This document shows, in pieces, positions 44,653 through 54,385 of a stretch of DNA of 58,303 nt (the first letter of the stretch is position 1; each line of letters opens with the position of its first letter). The translations under genes and the position numbers were made by a program. The stretch is from Candidatus Hermodarchaeota archaeon (GTDB lineage Archaea > Asgardarchaeota > Hermodarchaeia > Hermodarchaeales > Hermodarchaeaceae), in assembly GCA_016839365.1 (NCBI GenBank), contig JAEOUH010000074.1, positions 1 to 58,303 on the forward strand. Direction: 5' to 3'. The notes beneath the pieces were generated by a model. It was not told where the DNA came from, ran no database searches, and was given only the letters and a program-made list of their open reading frames with translations.

Positions 44653-46842
44653 ATGACTTCCATGTCGCTATTTCGCCGTGGACTTTTTGGTCTCTCTCTT
44701 GTAGTCCTGATTGTCATGACCCTGTTTCCACTGATGAACGTATCACAACCGCTTGGGTCTACCATTCAGCCAACGATTATTGTTCCCCAACAACATACTT
44801 GGCAGACCTTTAACCGGAACATGAATGTGACTACCTTCGTGTCCCCTGATGGAAGCAGGGACGAGCTCTGGCATTTTCTAAATGCGGCCCAAGAGAGCAT
44901 ATATGTAGAGATTTATGGGATTAACCACCCTCACATTCTTGATCTGATTCATCAACTCAATGCCTCGAATCCTTCTTTAGACATGAAGTTTCTTCTTGGC
45001 TGGAATAGTCTAGGTTATACCAGCGAAAATCAGTACGTGGCTTACAATTTAACTCAAGCCGGTTTTGAAGTCAGATGGACCAGTAACACTGATTTCACCT
45101 ATGCACACCAAAAGTTTGTGATCATAGATAATGAAACCACCATAATTCATTCAGGCAATTGGGCGAAGACGAGCTTCCCCGAATTCCAAAAGAAGGCTAA
45201 TCGTGAATGGAGTATCGCAATGACCGATACCCAGATTACATCCTATTATCGAGCAGTCTTCGACGGGGACTGGAGAAACGGCACAGCATATGATATCTCC
45301 CATGGGACAGGATCACCTCTCACCTACAGCCCAGCTTCAAGTACCTACTCGCACCCTTTCGCCACTGCAGGAGAATTCAGTGGCAGTATGAACGTCACCC
45401 CGATTGTGAGTCCCGATACGAGTCTACAGGGCATTTTGTATTGCATTAATATCGCACAGGCAACATTAGACATCCAAATCCCCTACTTCACGAGCGTTGG
45501 CGATGGGGGTGCTGTTGATGACATTATTGATGCAATCCTAGCGGCGAAGGCACGGGGCGTGACCGTCCGTGTCATTACCGAGGAAGATCAAGACTGGGTC
45601 GAGATTGAACAGATTCTCATCGACAATGATATCTCCATCGTCTGGCACGACACTCGCTGGTTCACCGCTAACCACAACAAGGGCATCATTGTGGATGGCC
45701 GCATCGTGCTCGTAAGTAGCATCAATTACAGCGACAACAGCATCACCAACAACCGAGAAGCCGGTGTCATCATCGAGAACGAAGAGATCGCCCAATGGTA
45801 CCTGCAAGTCTATAACTTTGATTGGGGTATCGCTGATTGTGACGCAATGGAAGAAGTGAATGTCTACTGGAATCCCAGTATCCCCAAAAGCTCCAACACC
45901 ATTAACGTCACTGTGTATGGGCATATGCTATATCCCGATATTGACGAGGTTCAACTGGATGTTAAAATCGGTTCTGATCCGTGGTCAAACCAGACAATCA
46001 CATCGAACATCTATCCTTCAGCAGAAGGGCAGCTGGAGAACTTCTTCCGTGAAATTCCCGCCCAACCCGACGGCACTAACATCACGGTTGTGGGACGTAT
46101 CAGAAACGCAACTACCTGGCATATCGGAATACCTATGGTCATCCGGGTGCGAAACGCATTAGTTACGGTCAATCAACCACCATCAACTCCAACGTTAGCA
46201 GACCCCGGAACCGTCGACACTGACGGCTCCTTCACCGTATCCTGGAGCGCTGCAACGGATCCAGATGGCACCGTCAATCACTATCAACTCCAAATAAGTG
46301 ATGCCGATACGTTCACAACTGTAACCGATGAATGGAATACCAGTGGAACCAGCCAACTGGTTACCGTAACCAGTCAAGGCGTCTACTACTTCCGGGTCCG
46401 TGCTATCGACAACCAAGATCTCAACGGTGCTTGGAGCAACACCGTAGACATCACCGTTCTCCTTCCTCCCTCAGCCCCATCTTTGAATAATCCAGGCGAT
46501 ATTGATGTCGTTGGAACATTCACCGTCTCCTGGACAGCTAGCACCGACCCCGATGGCACTGTCACCCACTACCAATTCCAAATCAGCGACACAAGCGGGT
46601 TCGCCACCATCCTCTTCACCACTAACACCACTCAACTGAGCCAGGTGGTCACAGCCCCCAACGGCGTCTACTACTTCCGGGTCCGTGCCATCGACAACGA
46701 TGGCAACCCTAGCCCATGGAGCAATACTGAAAGCATCACCGTTGAAGTACCCTTCATACCTGGGTTCCCCATCGAAGCAATAATACTCAGCGTCGCCATC
46801 GTTCTGCTCACAACTCTGATGCTCCGACGCCGACGACAGTAA
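44653..46842 (+). CDS. Cell-surface phospholipase D-family protein with two FN3 domains and IPGF C-terminal sorting signal
   Basis: Signal peptide; two HKD motifs (HQKFVIID, HNKGIIVD); two FN3 repeats (YYFRVRA); IPGFP-TM-RRRR. Confidence 0.88.
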   Translation: MTSMSLFRRGLFGLSLVVLIVMTLFPLMNVSQPLGSTIQPTIIVPQQHTWQTFNRNMNVTTFVSPDGSRDELWHFLNAAQESIYVEIYGINHPHILDLIHQLNASNPSLDMKFLLGWNSLGYTSENQYVAYNLTQAGFEVRWTSNTDFTYAHQKFVIIDNETTIIHSGNWAKTSFPEFQKKANREWSIAMTDTQITSYYRAVFDGDWRNGTAYDISHGTGSPLTYSPASSTYSHPFATAGEFSGSMNVTPIVSPDTSLQGILYCINIAQATLDIQIPYFTSVGDGGAVDDIIDAILAAKARGVTVRVITEEDQDWVEIEQILIDNDISIVWHDTRWFTANHNKGIIVDGRIVLVSSINYSDNSITNNREAGVIIENEEIAQWYLQVYNFDWGIADCDAMEEVNVYWNPSIPKSSNTINVTVYGHMLYPDIDEVQLDVKIGSDPWSNQTITSNIYPSAEGQLENFFREIPAQPDGTNITVVGRIRNATTWHIGIPMVIRVRNALVTVNQPPSTPTLADPGTVDTDGSFTVSWSAATDPDGTVNHYQLQISDADTFTTVTDEWNTSGTSQLVTVTSQGVYYFRVRAIDNQDLNGAWSNTVDITVLLPPSAPSLNNPGDIDVVGTFTVSWTASTDPDGTVTHYQFQISDTSGFATILFTTNTTQLSQVVTAPNGVYYFRVRAIDNDGNPSPWSNTESITVEVPFIPGFPIEAIILSVAIVLLTTLMLRRRRQ
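46171..46740 (+). repeat. Tandem FN3-coding duplication (285-bp period)
   Basis: GGCGTCTACTACTTCCGGGTCCGTGCYATCGACAAC at 46378 and 46663 (35/36 identical). Confidence 0.8.
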
Positions 46843-46870
46843 AGATAAAGAATCTAAGACCGAAAACGCT

Positions 46871-47785
46871 TCAGCACTCAACCCTTTGCTTCAGAATCTT
46901 CCATTCGCGCTCAATCCCCCGCTCAAACTCCTCCACCCGCGCGGGGTTCTTAATCAACGTACGAAATCGACCCTGCGGCTTCAAATAATCCATCAACGGC
47001 TTCCGCTTCACCTTCCCTTCAGCAATCTGCTTACTTCGGCCCAGAAACCGCCACTCCTCCCCTTCTTTCTCCCACATAATCCACACGCCTGTGTCCACTG
47101 CGAGTTTACCCATTTCCACTGTATCCCATGTCAAATATCGCCAACCCGTCGGACACATCGTATGAATCTCAATATATCGCGTCCCCACAAATTCCTTCGC
47201 TTTCGAATACGTCTCATACACTAACCGTGGATACGCCGCCGAAATCGACGCTGTATACGGAATACCATGCTCCGCCATAATTCGCGCAAACGGCTTACGA
47301 TGCTGCATTTTCCCCGTAGGTGTTGTTGTCGAAAACGACCCATACGGCGTAGCCCCAGAACGTTGCATCCCGGTATTGCCGTATGCTTCATTATTGTAGC
47401 AGGTGTAGATGAAGTTGGTTTGGCGTTCGGCAGCACCGCTGAGGGCTTGGATGCCGATGTCATAGGTTCCACCGTCACCTGCCCAGGCCATGAGATTGAT
47501 TTCTTTATCTTTACCCATATATTTGAGTCCGGCAGCGATTCCAGAGGCGGCTGCGCCTGCGGTCATAAAGGCTGTATTTAGAACTGGTACGCAAAGGCCA
47601 TTTTTGGGATAGAGTCCTTGGATAACAGACATGCAGCAGGCAGGAACTGTAAGAATGGTATTATCACCCAAAGCTTTGAGTGCATGGCGGATGGCGATTG
47701 TAGCACCACATCCTGCGCAAGCGGCGTGACCTAGTTCGATGTATTCTTCTCTGGGTAAATCTTTGATAGCTACCATCTTCTTCAC
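46871..47785 (-). CDS. porB: 2-oxoacid:ferredoxin oxidoreductase beta subunit
   Basis: ACAGCG, GDGGTYDIG, NNEAYGNTG, CPTGW. Confidence 0.92.
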   Translation of the reverse strand: MKKMVAIKDLPREEYIELGHAACAGCGATIAIRHALKALGDNTILTVPACCMSVIQGLYPKNGLCVPVLNTAFMTAGAAASGIAAGLKYMGKDKEINLMAWAGDGGTYDIGIQALSGAAERQTNFIYTCYNNEAYGNTGMQRSGATPYGSFSTTTPTGKMQHRKPFARIMAEHGIPYTASISAAYPRLVYETYSKAKEFVGTRYIEIHTMCPTGWRYLTWDTVEMGKLAVDTGVWIMWEKEGEEWRFLGRSKQIAEGKVKRKPLMDYLKPQGRFRTLIKNPARVEEFERGIEREWKILKQRVEC

Positions 47786-48960
47786 CTTTTTAATCCGTAG
47801 AATATGTCTGGTTTCGCTTCTCCTTTGTCTGCTACATCAAATCCGATTTTGAACATTTTCTTAATATCTGTGTGTCTTACATCTCGACCGCCGAGTCCGG
47901 CGATGACTCCTTGGACAGGTATGGTTTGACCCCCTCGGTAGAGTGCTGATCGGATTTCGGTTGCGGCTCCTCCAAGGTGCCCATATGAGAGGCTACGATC
48001 GATGACTACAAAGGCTTTGGCTTTCTTTGCTAGGGCTTGAATTTGTTCGGCTGGGAATGGTCGGAAAACACGGAGTCGTGCAGATCCTGCTGCTACGCCT
48101 TCGTTTCGCAGTTCGTCAACAGCAAGTTGTGCTTCTTCTCCCATTGTTCCTAATGCAATGAGGATAACCTCTGCATCATCACAATGATATTCATTAATGA
48201 ATTGACCATGATCACGTCCGAAATGTTTTTTGAAATCTGCTTCAACTTTCGGGATTAGTTTTCGTGCCGCTTCAAACCCTTCGTGGATTGCGTAACTAAG
48301 CTCGTAATAATATTCGGGCCCTGCAATGTTTCCAGTTGCCATCGGATCCTTGGGATCCAATTTCCAGTGACCTGCTTCATAGGAAGGGAGAAAGTCAGTA
48401 ATTTCGTCATGTTCATACACTTCAATCGAAGTGAATGTATGGCTGAGAATGTAGGCATCTAGAGCTACCATTCCGGGAAGTAGGACCTTGGGATCTTCAC
48501 ATAATCGAAAGAGCATCAGGACAGTATCATAAACTTCCTGATTATTTGATGCATACAATTGAATCCAGCCAGTATCACGTTGTGACATTGTATCTGTATG
48601 GTCAGACCAGATATTCCAGGGGGGCCCAAGAGAACGATTGACAACAGGCATTACGATAGGTAAGCGTGAACGACCTGCCCAATGAAGCATCTCGTGCATC
48701 AGTGCTAAGCCATGAGATGAAGTGGCGGTGAATGTCCGGAGTCCTAAGGCCGAAGCCCCAATACATGCAGCCATTGCACTGTGTTCTGACTCAACACGAA
48801 CATATTCAGATTTCAGCTCTCCGTTCTCTACGAATTCTGCGATTTTTTCTACAATCGTCGTTTGTGGGGTTATCGGATATGCCGCAATAACTGCGGGAAT
48901 TGCTGTTCGTGCAGCCCAAGATGCAGAATGATTCCCTGTCACAGATATAATTTTCGACAT
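47782..48960 (-). CDS. porA: 2-oxoacid:ferredoxin oxidoreductase alpha subunit
   Basis: AYPITPQT, VESEHSAM, TATSSHGL, FRPFP, GLGGRD. Confidence 0.92.
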   Translation of the reverse strand: MSKIISVTGNHSASWAARTAIPAVIAAYPITPQTTIVEKIAEFVENGELKSEYVRVESEHSAMAACIGASALGLRTFTATSSHGLALMHEMLHWAGRSRLPIVMPVVNRSLGPPWNIWSDHTDTMSQRDTGWIQLYASNNQEVYDTVLMLFRLCEDPKVLLPGMVALDAYILSHTFTSIEVYEHDEITDFLPSYEAGHWKLDPKDPMATGNIAGPEYYYELSYAIHEGFEAARKLIPKVEADFKKHFGRDHGQFINEYHCDDAEVILIALGTMGEEAQLAVDELRNEGVAAGSARLRVFRPFPAEQIQALAKKAKAFVVIDRSLSYGHLGGAATEIRSALYRGGQTIPVQGVIAGLGGRDVRHTDIKKMFKIGFDVADKGEAKPDIFYGLKR

Positions 48961-48970
48961 TTTTTTCACT

Positions 48971-49267
48971 TCACTCAATATCTGCTTCAGTTTCACGTAC
49001 TCGTGTAATTGCTTTCACGGGACAAGTTGTTTCACAAATCATACACCCTTTACAGTATTCCAAGTTAATGACGGGTTTGTTATTCTTATCCATTGTAATG
49101 GCTGCATCCGGACAAAACAACCAACACGTCTGACATCCAGTGCACTTGTCATTGTCTACAATAGGACGAAATATTCGCCAGTCACCAGTACGTCCCATTG
49201 CCCCAGGCTCAGGGTATGTAATACAAGTAACACGTCTTTCTGGTGGATCGCGTTTAAGTGGTGTCAT
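48971..49267 (-). CDS. porD: 2-oxoacid:ferredoxin oxidoreductase delta subunit (2x[4Fe-4S])
   Basis: TGDWR..RP, CTGCQTCWLFCP, YCKGCMICETTCP. Confidence 0.92.
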   Translation of the reverse strand: MTPLKRDPPERRVTCITYPEPGAMGRTGDWRIFRPIVDNDKCTGCQTCWLFCPDAAITMDKNNKPVINLEYCKGCMICETTCPVKAITRVRETEADIE

Positions 49268-49854
49268 AGTGAATACCCCATATTGAGTTCATTATACGCG
49301 CGTTGGGCTGCTTCAACATTGGTTTCAATTACTTTGTCAGGAAGCCCCTCTAAGCCCTTTCGAATCGCCTTTTTCACACTTTCAATCGAAGCGATATTGG
49401 TGGCTCTCACAACCGCACCTAACATGATGGTGTTAACTACAGCGATTCCAGCAACTAAAATCCCCTCATCTAAAGCGATTTTTGTGGCATCGACAGTAGC
49501 TATTTTTGCCTTGACTGGTAATTTGATTTCTCCTGGTAATCGTGGTGTGTTGACAACTAAAAATATCCCATCTTTGAGACCCGCTTTAACTGTAGGGTTC
49601 TCGAGTAACGTTTCATCTAAAACGACGATAGCCTCAGGTTCATAGATGTAACTATGGATACGAATTGCCTCATCAGCAACTCGCGTAAAAGCCATGACGG
49701 GAGCTCCTCTTCGTTCGGCGCCATAATGTGCAAAGGCTTGGAAGTGTTTGCCTTCTAAACGTGTGGCATCACCGAGGATTTTTGCTCCAGTCACGGCGCC
49801 TTGACCACCGCGACCATGAAAGCGTATCTCAAAGAGATCCAATGTTAAATCCAC
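49264..49854 (-). CDS. porG: 2-oxoacid:ferredoxin oxidoreductase gamma subunit
   Basis: EIRFHGRGGQGAVT, YGAERRGAPV, NTIMLGA. Confidence 0.92.
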   Translation of the reverse strand: MDLTLDLFEIRFHGRGGQGAVTGAKILGDATRLEGKHFQAFAHYGAERRGAPVMAFTRVADEAIRIHSYIYEPEAIVVLDETLLENPTVKAGLKDGIFLVVNTPRLPGEIKLPVKAKIATVDATKIALDEGILVAGIAVVNTIMLGAVVRATNIASIESVKKAIRKGLEGLPDKVIETNVEAAQRAYNELNMGYSL

Positions 49855-49913
49855 CCAAATTCGATATCGTTACAGAACAACATGCAGCTAAAAAGGGTTA
49901 TGAAACGCTAACT

Positions 49914-51800
49914 TCACACAGCGGTTGGCAGAATGAAGAGAAGTAAAATGAGGGAGATAATGAAGGCAACGGTAAAAACGGTGATTCCGACACGTTTTGC
50001 TACATTAGCGGAGACTGGAATCAAACTAGTCAACTTGCCAGCTGTGCCTTCGCCCATAACCACCAATGGGGTGGTCTCACCTTGGTAAATGCTAACTTGG
50101 GCTGGTTTGAGATCCTTGATGGCTTCTTTCACAAGTTGGCCAATTAATACACTAAGATCATCATGTGAGATGGCTTCCCCGACTGGACTATAACCGTTGT
50201 GAGACGAAATCGCCGACGTTTCATGCGTGTCCGTAGTCAATATTTCTGCTTCGTCCACTAGGTCAGGAACTAACGTCTGTATCAGTTTTTCACGTAATCC
50301 AACAACCATGTTGTTCCCATCTATAAGGACATAGGCGGTTTTTTGCCCCGAAACTTCAACGACAAGGACGTTAATGCCTTCAGGGCCCATCCCTTGTCCA
50401 TCAGAATAGCCTAATTCTTTTCGGTGGACTACACCGATGCTTGCTTGGTCCTTCGGAGTCTTGAGCGCTTCACGAGTTGCCTCAATTGCGGCCTGAATCA
50501 TGTCGGGGACTAATTCGGAATCAGGATACACAGATTCCTTTAATGCAGTCATACAATTATGCGTATCTACAATGATGCACCGTTTCACAAGTTTAGTCAC
50601 TTCAGCAGAAATTTGGTTGGCCACATGAATGCTAATATCATCCATTTCATGAGGCGAGCGGGTAATTACGAGATATGCAGTATCTCCAAAGATTTGGCAG
50701 CCTACCTGAATGGTGCCAGAGGAGGCTCGAGCAAACTGGGATACCCCCTCAACAGGTTCCGTTTGTCTGTAAGCTAAGTCCACTATTTTGATGAACCGTT
50801 TCACCTCATCATTAGAAACTAAATTAAGATCATGAGTTGCTGTGCCATGAGGTGCCGTTGCGAGGGTGTCTAACTGCTGTTCTCCCCATTCGGCGATGTA
50901 GCTGGGTAACGCGCTGCTTCCTGTGCGTCGAAAGGGTCCAGGATGAATCGCCGCTACCACATACACCAAGCGTGGCTTTTCGTTGTCCGTTGTGAATGTC
51001 AGGATCGAAAGCGGCAGGGTCATCTCTTGCCCAATTTGGGTTAGACAATCTTCCATACGGTCCGCGTTATCCGCCATCCAGACTTCCAGGAAACCACGAA
51101 ACAGTTGAATTCCATCGATGTTGAACACTTTCCTTAGAGGGCGTCCGACCAATGAAAGCAAAATTCCAGAGGCAGTGACAAACATTAGAGCACAGAGAAG
51201 GTAAATCACGATAAAAATAAGCCAATTCGCCCATAGAGCTACTTCACTAAATATGTAAAAGACAATAACCAAAGTGGGGAATATCAGGGTTAGAAAGACG
51301 CCCTTAATCACTCCGACATCAGTGGCGCTTAATACAATCAGAAGCATTATTGCCGAAGTAAATGCCGCAGCGAGAATGAGATTGCGGAGGTAAAACATAG
51401 TGGCAATCCCACCTCCTGCCAAGGGTCCGAAATTAAACTTAAAGTATATCTCAATTCCCCATCCCACAAGCGTTGATAGCAGCCAGATTATCAGGAGTGT
51501 GCCAATAGCCGAGGCAACAACACCCAGGAGTCTGTGCAGGTTTAAGAATCCGTTATTTCGAATTACCAGCCATAACAACAGAAAAGCAATCGCAGCGGCA
51601 GGAAGTGTGATTAAGAGACCTCTTAGAGCTCCAATTAGAAATATCTGAAGAATGGTTGGCTGTCCCACGTTACGCAATATCTCAGTAATTCCGCCGACGA
51701 CAAAGGCTGCAACTACTACTAAGAAAACGAGGGTTCGATTACTTGGTAACTTGAAGAGCCGATTGTAAAGGGAGATTGTGCTCTTTACATCTTTACTCAT
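49914..51800 (-). CDS. DUF2070-family membrane protein
   Basis: N-terminal TMs; IHPGPF, HGTATHD, DTHN, DGNN, TTDTH. Confidence 0.85.
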   Translation of the reverse strand: MSKDVKSTISLYNRLFKLPSNRTLVFLVVVAAFVVGGITEILRNVGQPTILQIFLIGALRGLLITLPAAAIAFLLLWLVIRNNGFLNLHRLLGVVASAIGTLLIIWLLSTLVGWGIEIYFKFNFGPLAGGGIATMFYLRNLILAAAFTSAIMLLIVLSATDVGVIKGVFLTLIFPTLVIVFYIFSEVALWANWLIFIVIYLLCALMFVTASGILLSLVGRPLRKVFNIDGIQLFRGFLEVWMADNADRMEDCLTQIGQEMTLPLSILTFTTDNEKPRLVYVVAAIHPGPFRRTGSSALPSYIAEWGEQQLDTLATAPHGTATHDLNLVSNDEVKRFIKIVDLAYRQTEPVEGVSQFARASSGTIQVGCQIFGDTAYLVITRSPHEMDDISIHVANQISAEVTKLVKRCIIVDTHNCMTALKESVYPDSELVPDMIQAAIEATREALKTPKDQASIGVVHRKELGYSDGQGMGPEGINVLVVEVSGQKTAYVLIDGNNMVVGLREKLIQTLVPDLVDEAEILTTDTHETSAISSHNGYSPVGEAISHDDLSVLIGQLVKEAIKDLKPAQVSIYQGETTPLVVMGEGTAGKLTSLIPVSANVAKRVGITVFTVAFIISLILLLFILPTAV

Positions 51801-51924
51801 TATGAGTCGGTCAATGTAAATCATTGATAAGGTTAATGGTTTTTCGGAAATCTGGTGAGAAAAAAAGGTTTAATTCGGTCCTAAATGCAGCAAAAGAAGT
51901 TAGACGAAATAATTCAACAGAGTT

Positions 51925-53868
51925 TTAGAGGGCGTATAGCGAGGGGCATTTTCCACGGAGACAATCTCCACACCGGACGCACTCCTTTTCATCAACCCGA
52001 GCTTGCCCTGATTCGAGAGTTATCGCATTATTCTTACAAATTGATTGACAAGTTCCACATGCAGTACATATCAAACCTCGGAGGATAGTCCTAACAAAGC
52101 ATTCGGCTGTTTCTTCATTCACAGGACCTGAAAGTGTGAATAGTCCACTTTCGTAAAGTGTGCAATTCACTGACTTACCTTTGAGCTGAAAGGTTACTTC
52201 AAGGATATTTCTCTCTAAATCAACAACGACATCCCCTAAGGCGGGAAGAAAAGCTGCTGCAGAAATTAAATCAGGGGCTTGATAAAATTGACCCCTGATC
52301 ATTACCTCCTCCGATGAAGGTTCGGTTACGAATGAAAAGTCGTATGTCAATCCATTCTTCGGTCGTTCCTGTTCTGCAATTGGTAATTGGATCTTCATTT
52401 TGTGTGCCAAATCTCGAATTTTCTGTGGTGGATTTTTCCACCGCCAGAACCCGTGTTTCAACCACTCATCACTCAATCCGTGTTTTTGTACTAGGTTTTT
52501 TGCTGCAACTAACCAACGTCGCCATTCTGAAGGACACATCTTCGCAATGATTTCTAATTCACTCACATTTGATGCTGGACAAAACATGCATCCAATCCTT
52601 TCGAATCCCTTCTCGTAAAGCGGATTGTATGGGGCGTTTTCTTGGAAGAGATAGAGCCAAATCATCAATTGGGTCCAGTTATGAATTGGACTTGCCCCGA
52701 TCTGCTTCGGCACCCAAGGGTTTTTCCACACTCGCCCACTGGCTGATCTTCGGTGGGACTCATACCGTCGTTGTCCAATCAAGCTGAGACAACCCTCGGG
52801 AAAATAGGTTTCAATGAGTTGGCTAGTGGGTCCCAGTTTAACCGATTTGCAACAGACTCGATAATCTCTCGCGACAAATCCATAGAGTTCAAGCACATGG
52901 AAAAACTGGTTCGTATCAACGTTTTTCACTAAAAGCTGATTTTCCAATCCTAGCTGCGCAGTCACAGCGTATACATTCTCCACCGTCTCGGGAAACTCGA
53001 TTCCCGTGTTAATGAACATAACGTTGTATGTTTGAGTTGTGAGGGCTTTTTGTGCCAGTAGGAGAACCGCTAGACTATCCTTTCCGCCCGAATACGCTAC
53101 TACCACAGGAAGTGTGAATTGTTGTGAAGTCTGTGTGATAAATGATATCGCTTCAGTTTCGAGTTTGTGGAGCAGTTTGGCATTTGCAGCTAATGCTGTA
53201 TCCCATGTTTGGCCTCCCGGAAGGATTGTGGGTTCAATAGGAGCTGCTTTGTATTGCTTCTTAACGGCCATTCCGCGTTCCTTCGTCCTCATCTCAGGTC
53301 CCGACATCGTGGCAATACCCACAAGAATGGCACTTCCCTGCTCGGTTACTCCGATAACGTATTCCTCTGGCTGAATTGAATCATCAGCAGTTTTGATACC
53401 AGGTCTTAGTAAACTAGCACCCTTGAGAATAAACGGAACCGCCGAATCCTCTATGACCACCTGTTTTGCTTCAGTAAGCTTTACAAGGCGCCTCGCTCCT
53501 TCGATTTTCGGAATAAACTCCCAAGACAAGTTTTCAATTCGGAAACGATGTAACCCGATTATTTGTCCATCGATTATGATTTCCTCTGCGCAATCAACAT
53601 CAGGGATCGCATTTAACAAGACAACTTTGTCTTCAGGAATCAACTGCTGAGCTACACTTCGATCAAATTGGCTTGAAATGGTATCAATTATGCTCTCTCG
53701 ATCTGCAGCAAAAGCTGGACGCGCATCACCTGGTGGTGTAACGGGAACTGGTTGACCCATTTCCCCACATCTGGCACACCGACCTTTTCGAATCAAAGGC
53801 ACATTACAGGTGATACACCAAGCAAGTAGTAGCGGACCTAGATATGGCTTCCTTTTTTTGGCTCTCAT
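51925..53868 (-). CDS. PAPS-reductase-family protein with PUA and 4Fe-4S domains
   Basis: N-terminal zinc ribbon and PPGDARPAF, PUA domain, YSGGKDS, CC..K, RRYES, RIGCMFCP, C-terminal ferredoxin. Confidence 0.88.
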   Translation of the reverse strand: MRAKKRKPYLGPLLLAWCITCNVPLIRKGRCARCGEMGQPVPVTPPGDARPAFAADRESIIDTISSQFDRSVAQQLIPEDKVVLLNAIPDVDCAEEIIIDGQIIGLHRFRIENLSWEFIPKIEGARRLVKLTEAKQVVIEDSAVPFILKGASLLRPGIKTADDSIQPEEYVIGVTEQGSAILVGIATMSGPEMRTKERGMAVKKQYKAAPIEPTILPGGQTWDTALAANAKLLHKLETEAISFITQTSQQFTLPVVVAYSGGKDSLAVLLLAQKALTTQTYNVMFINTGIEFPETVENVYAVTAQLGLENQLLVKNVDTNQFFHVLELYGFVARDYRVCCKSVKLGPTSQLIETYFPEGCLSLIGQRRYESHRRSASGRVWKNPWVPKQIGASPIHNWTQLMIWLYLFQENAPYNPLYEKGFERIGCMFCPASNVSELEIIAKMCPSEWRRWLVAAKNLVQKHGLSDEWLKHGFWRWKNPPQKIRDLAHKMKIQLPIAEQERPKNGLTYDFSFVTEPSSEEVMIRGQFYQAPDLISAAAFLPALGDVVVDLERNILEVTFQLKGKSVNCTLYESGLFTLSGPVNEETAECFVRTILRGLICTACGTCQSICKNNAITLESGQARVDEKECVRCGDCLRGKCPSLYAL

Positions 53869-53938
53869 TGTACGTTTTCGTTCAAAGGAGTTTCAAGGTT
53901 GAAAATAAAAACTCTGGTATTTCCAATTTGAGTTCAGG

Positions 53939-54286
53939 CTATCGACTGATGAGACCTTGAACCTCACTCCAAGTTTCGTTTCGCAGGCGTTGAACATCAG
54001 CAATGGAGATTTCTTCTGCTTCTTTGATGGTATTTGAGAGTTGAATCACATTACCAACTGCGGCAATGTTGGAGACATCTACTGGCAGTTCAACACCTAA
54101 ACCTTTAACCTGAAGCTCGACTTTTCCGGGTGGTAGCATGATTCGGAGGCTGCGAACAATCCCGATTCGACGGGCACTTCCATCGATAACCTCTTTGCCA
54201 ATAATGTTTCCTGGCATCTGCAATTCGTAAACTTCTGCCTCTGTCATTGAGGGTACACTGGATTTTGACATCACAAACACGCTCAA
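53939..54286 (-). CDS. PRC-barrel domain protein
   Basis: IIGKEVID.SARRIGIV...IAAVGNVI. Confidence 0.75.
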   Translation of the reverse strand: MSVFVMSKSSVPSMTEAEVYELQMPGNIIGKEVIDGSARRIGIVRSLRIMLPPGKVELQVKGLGVELPVDVSNIAAVGNVIQLSNTIKEAEEISIADVQRLRNETWSEVQGLISR

Positions 54287-54385
54287 ATTCCATTAGGACG
54301 TGGATTATAGTGGAATATAAATGCGGGTAATAAAGTTGTTTCAGACAAAAATCTTCTCATACACTTAAAATGTGCTGCGATTGGA

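Noticed and set aside
48190-48201. TTCATTAATGAA palindrome in porA resembling the array motif
   Set aside because: No spacer, wrong length, no AATAAT flank, and far from the cluster.
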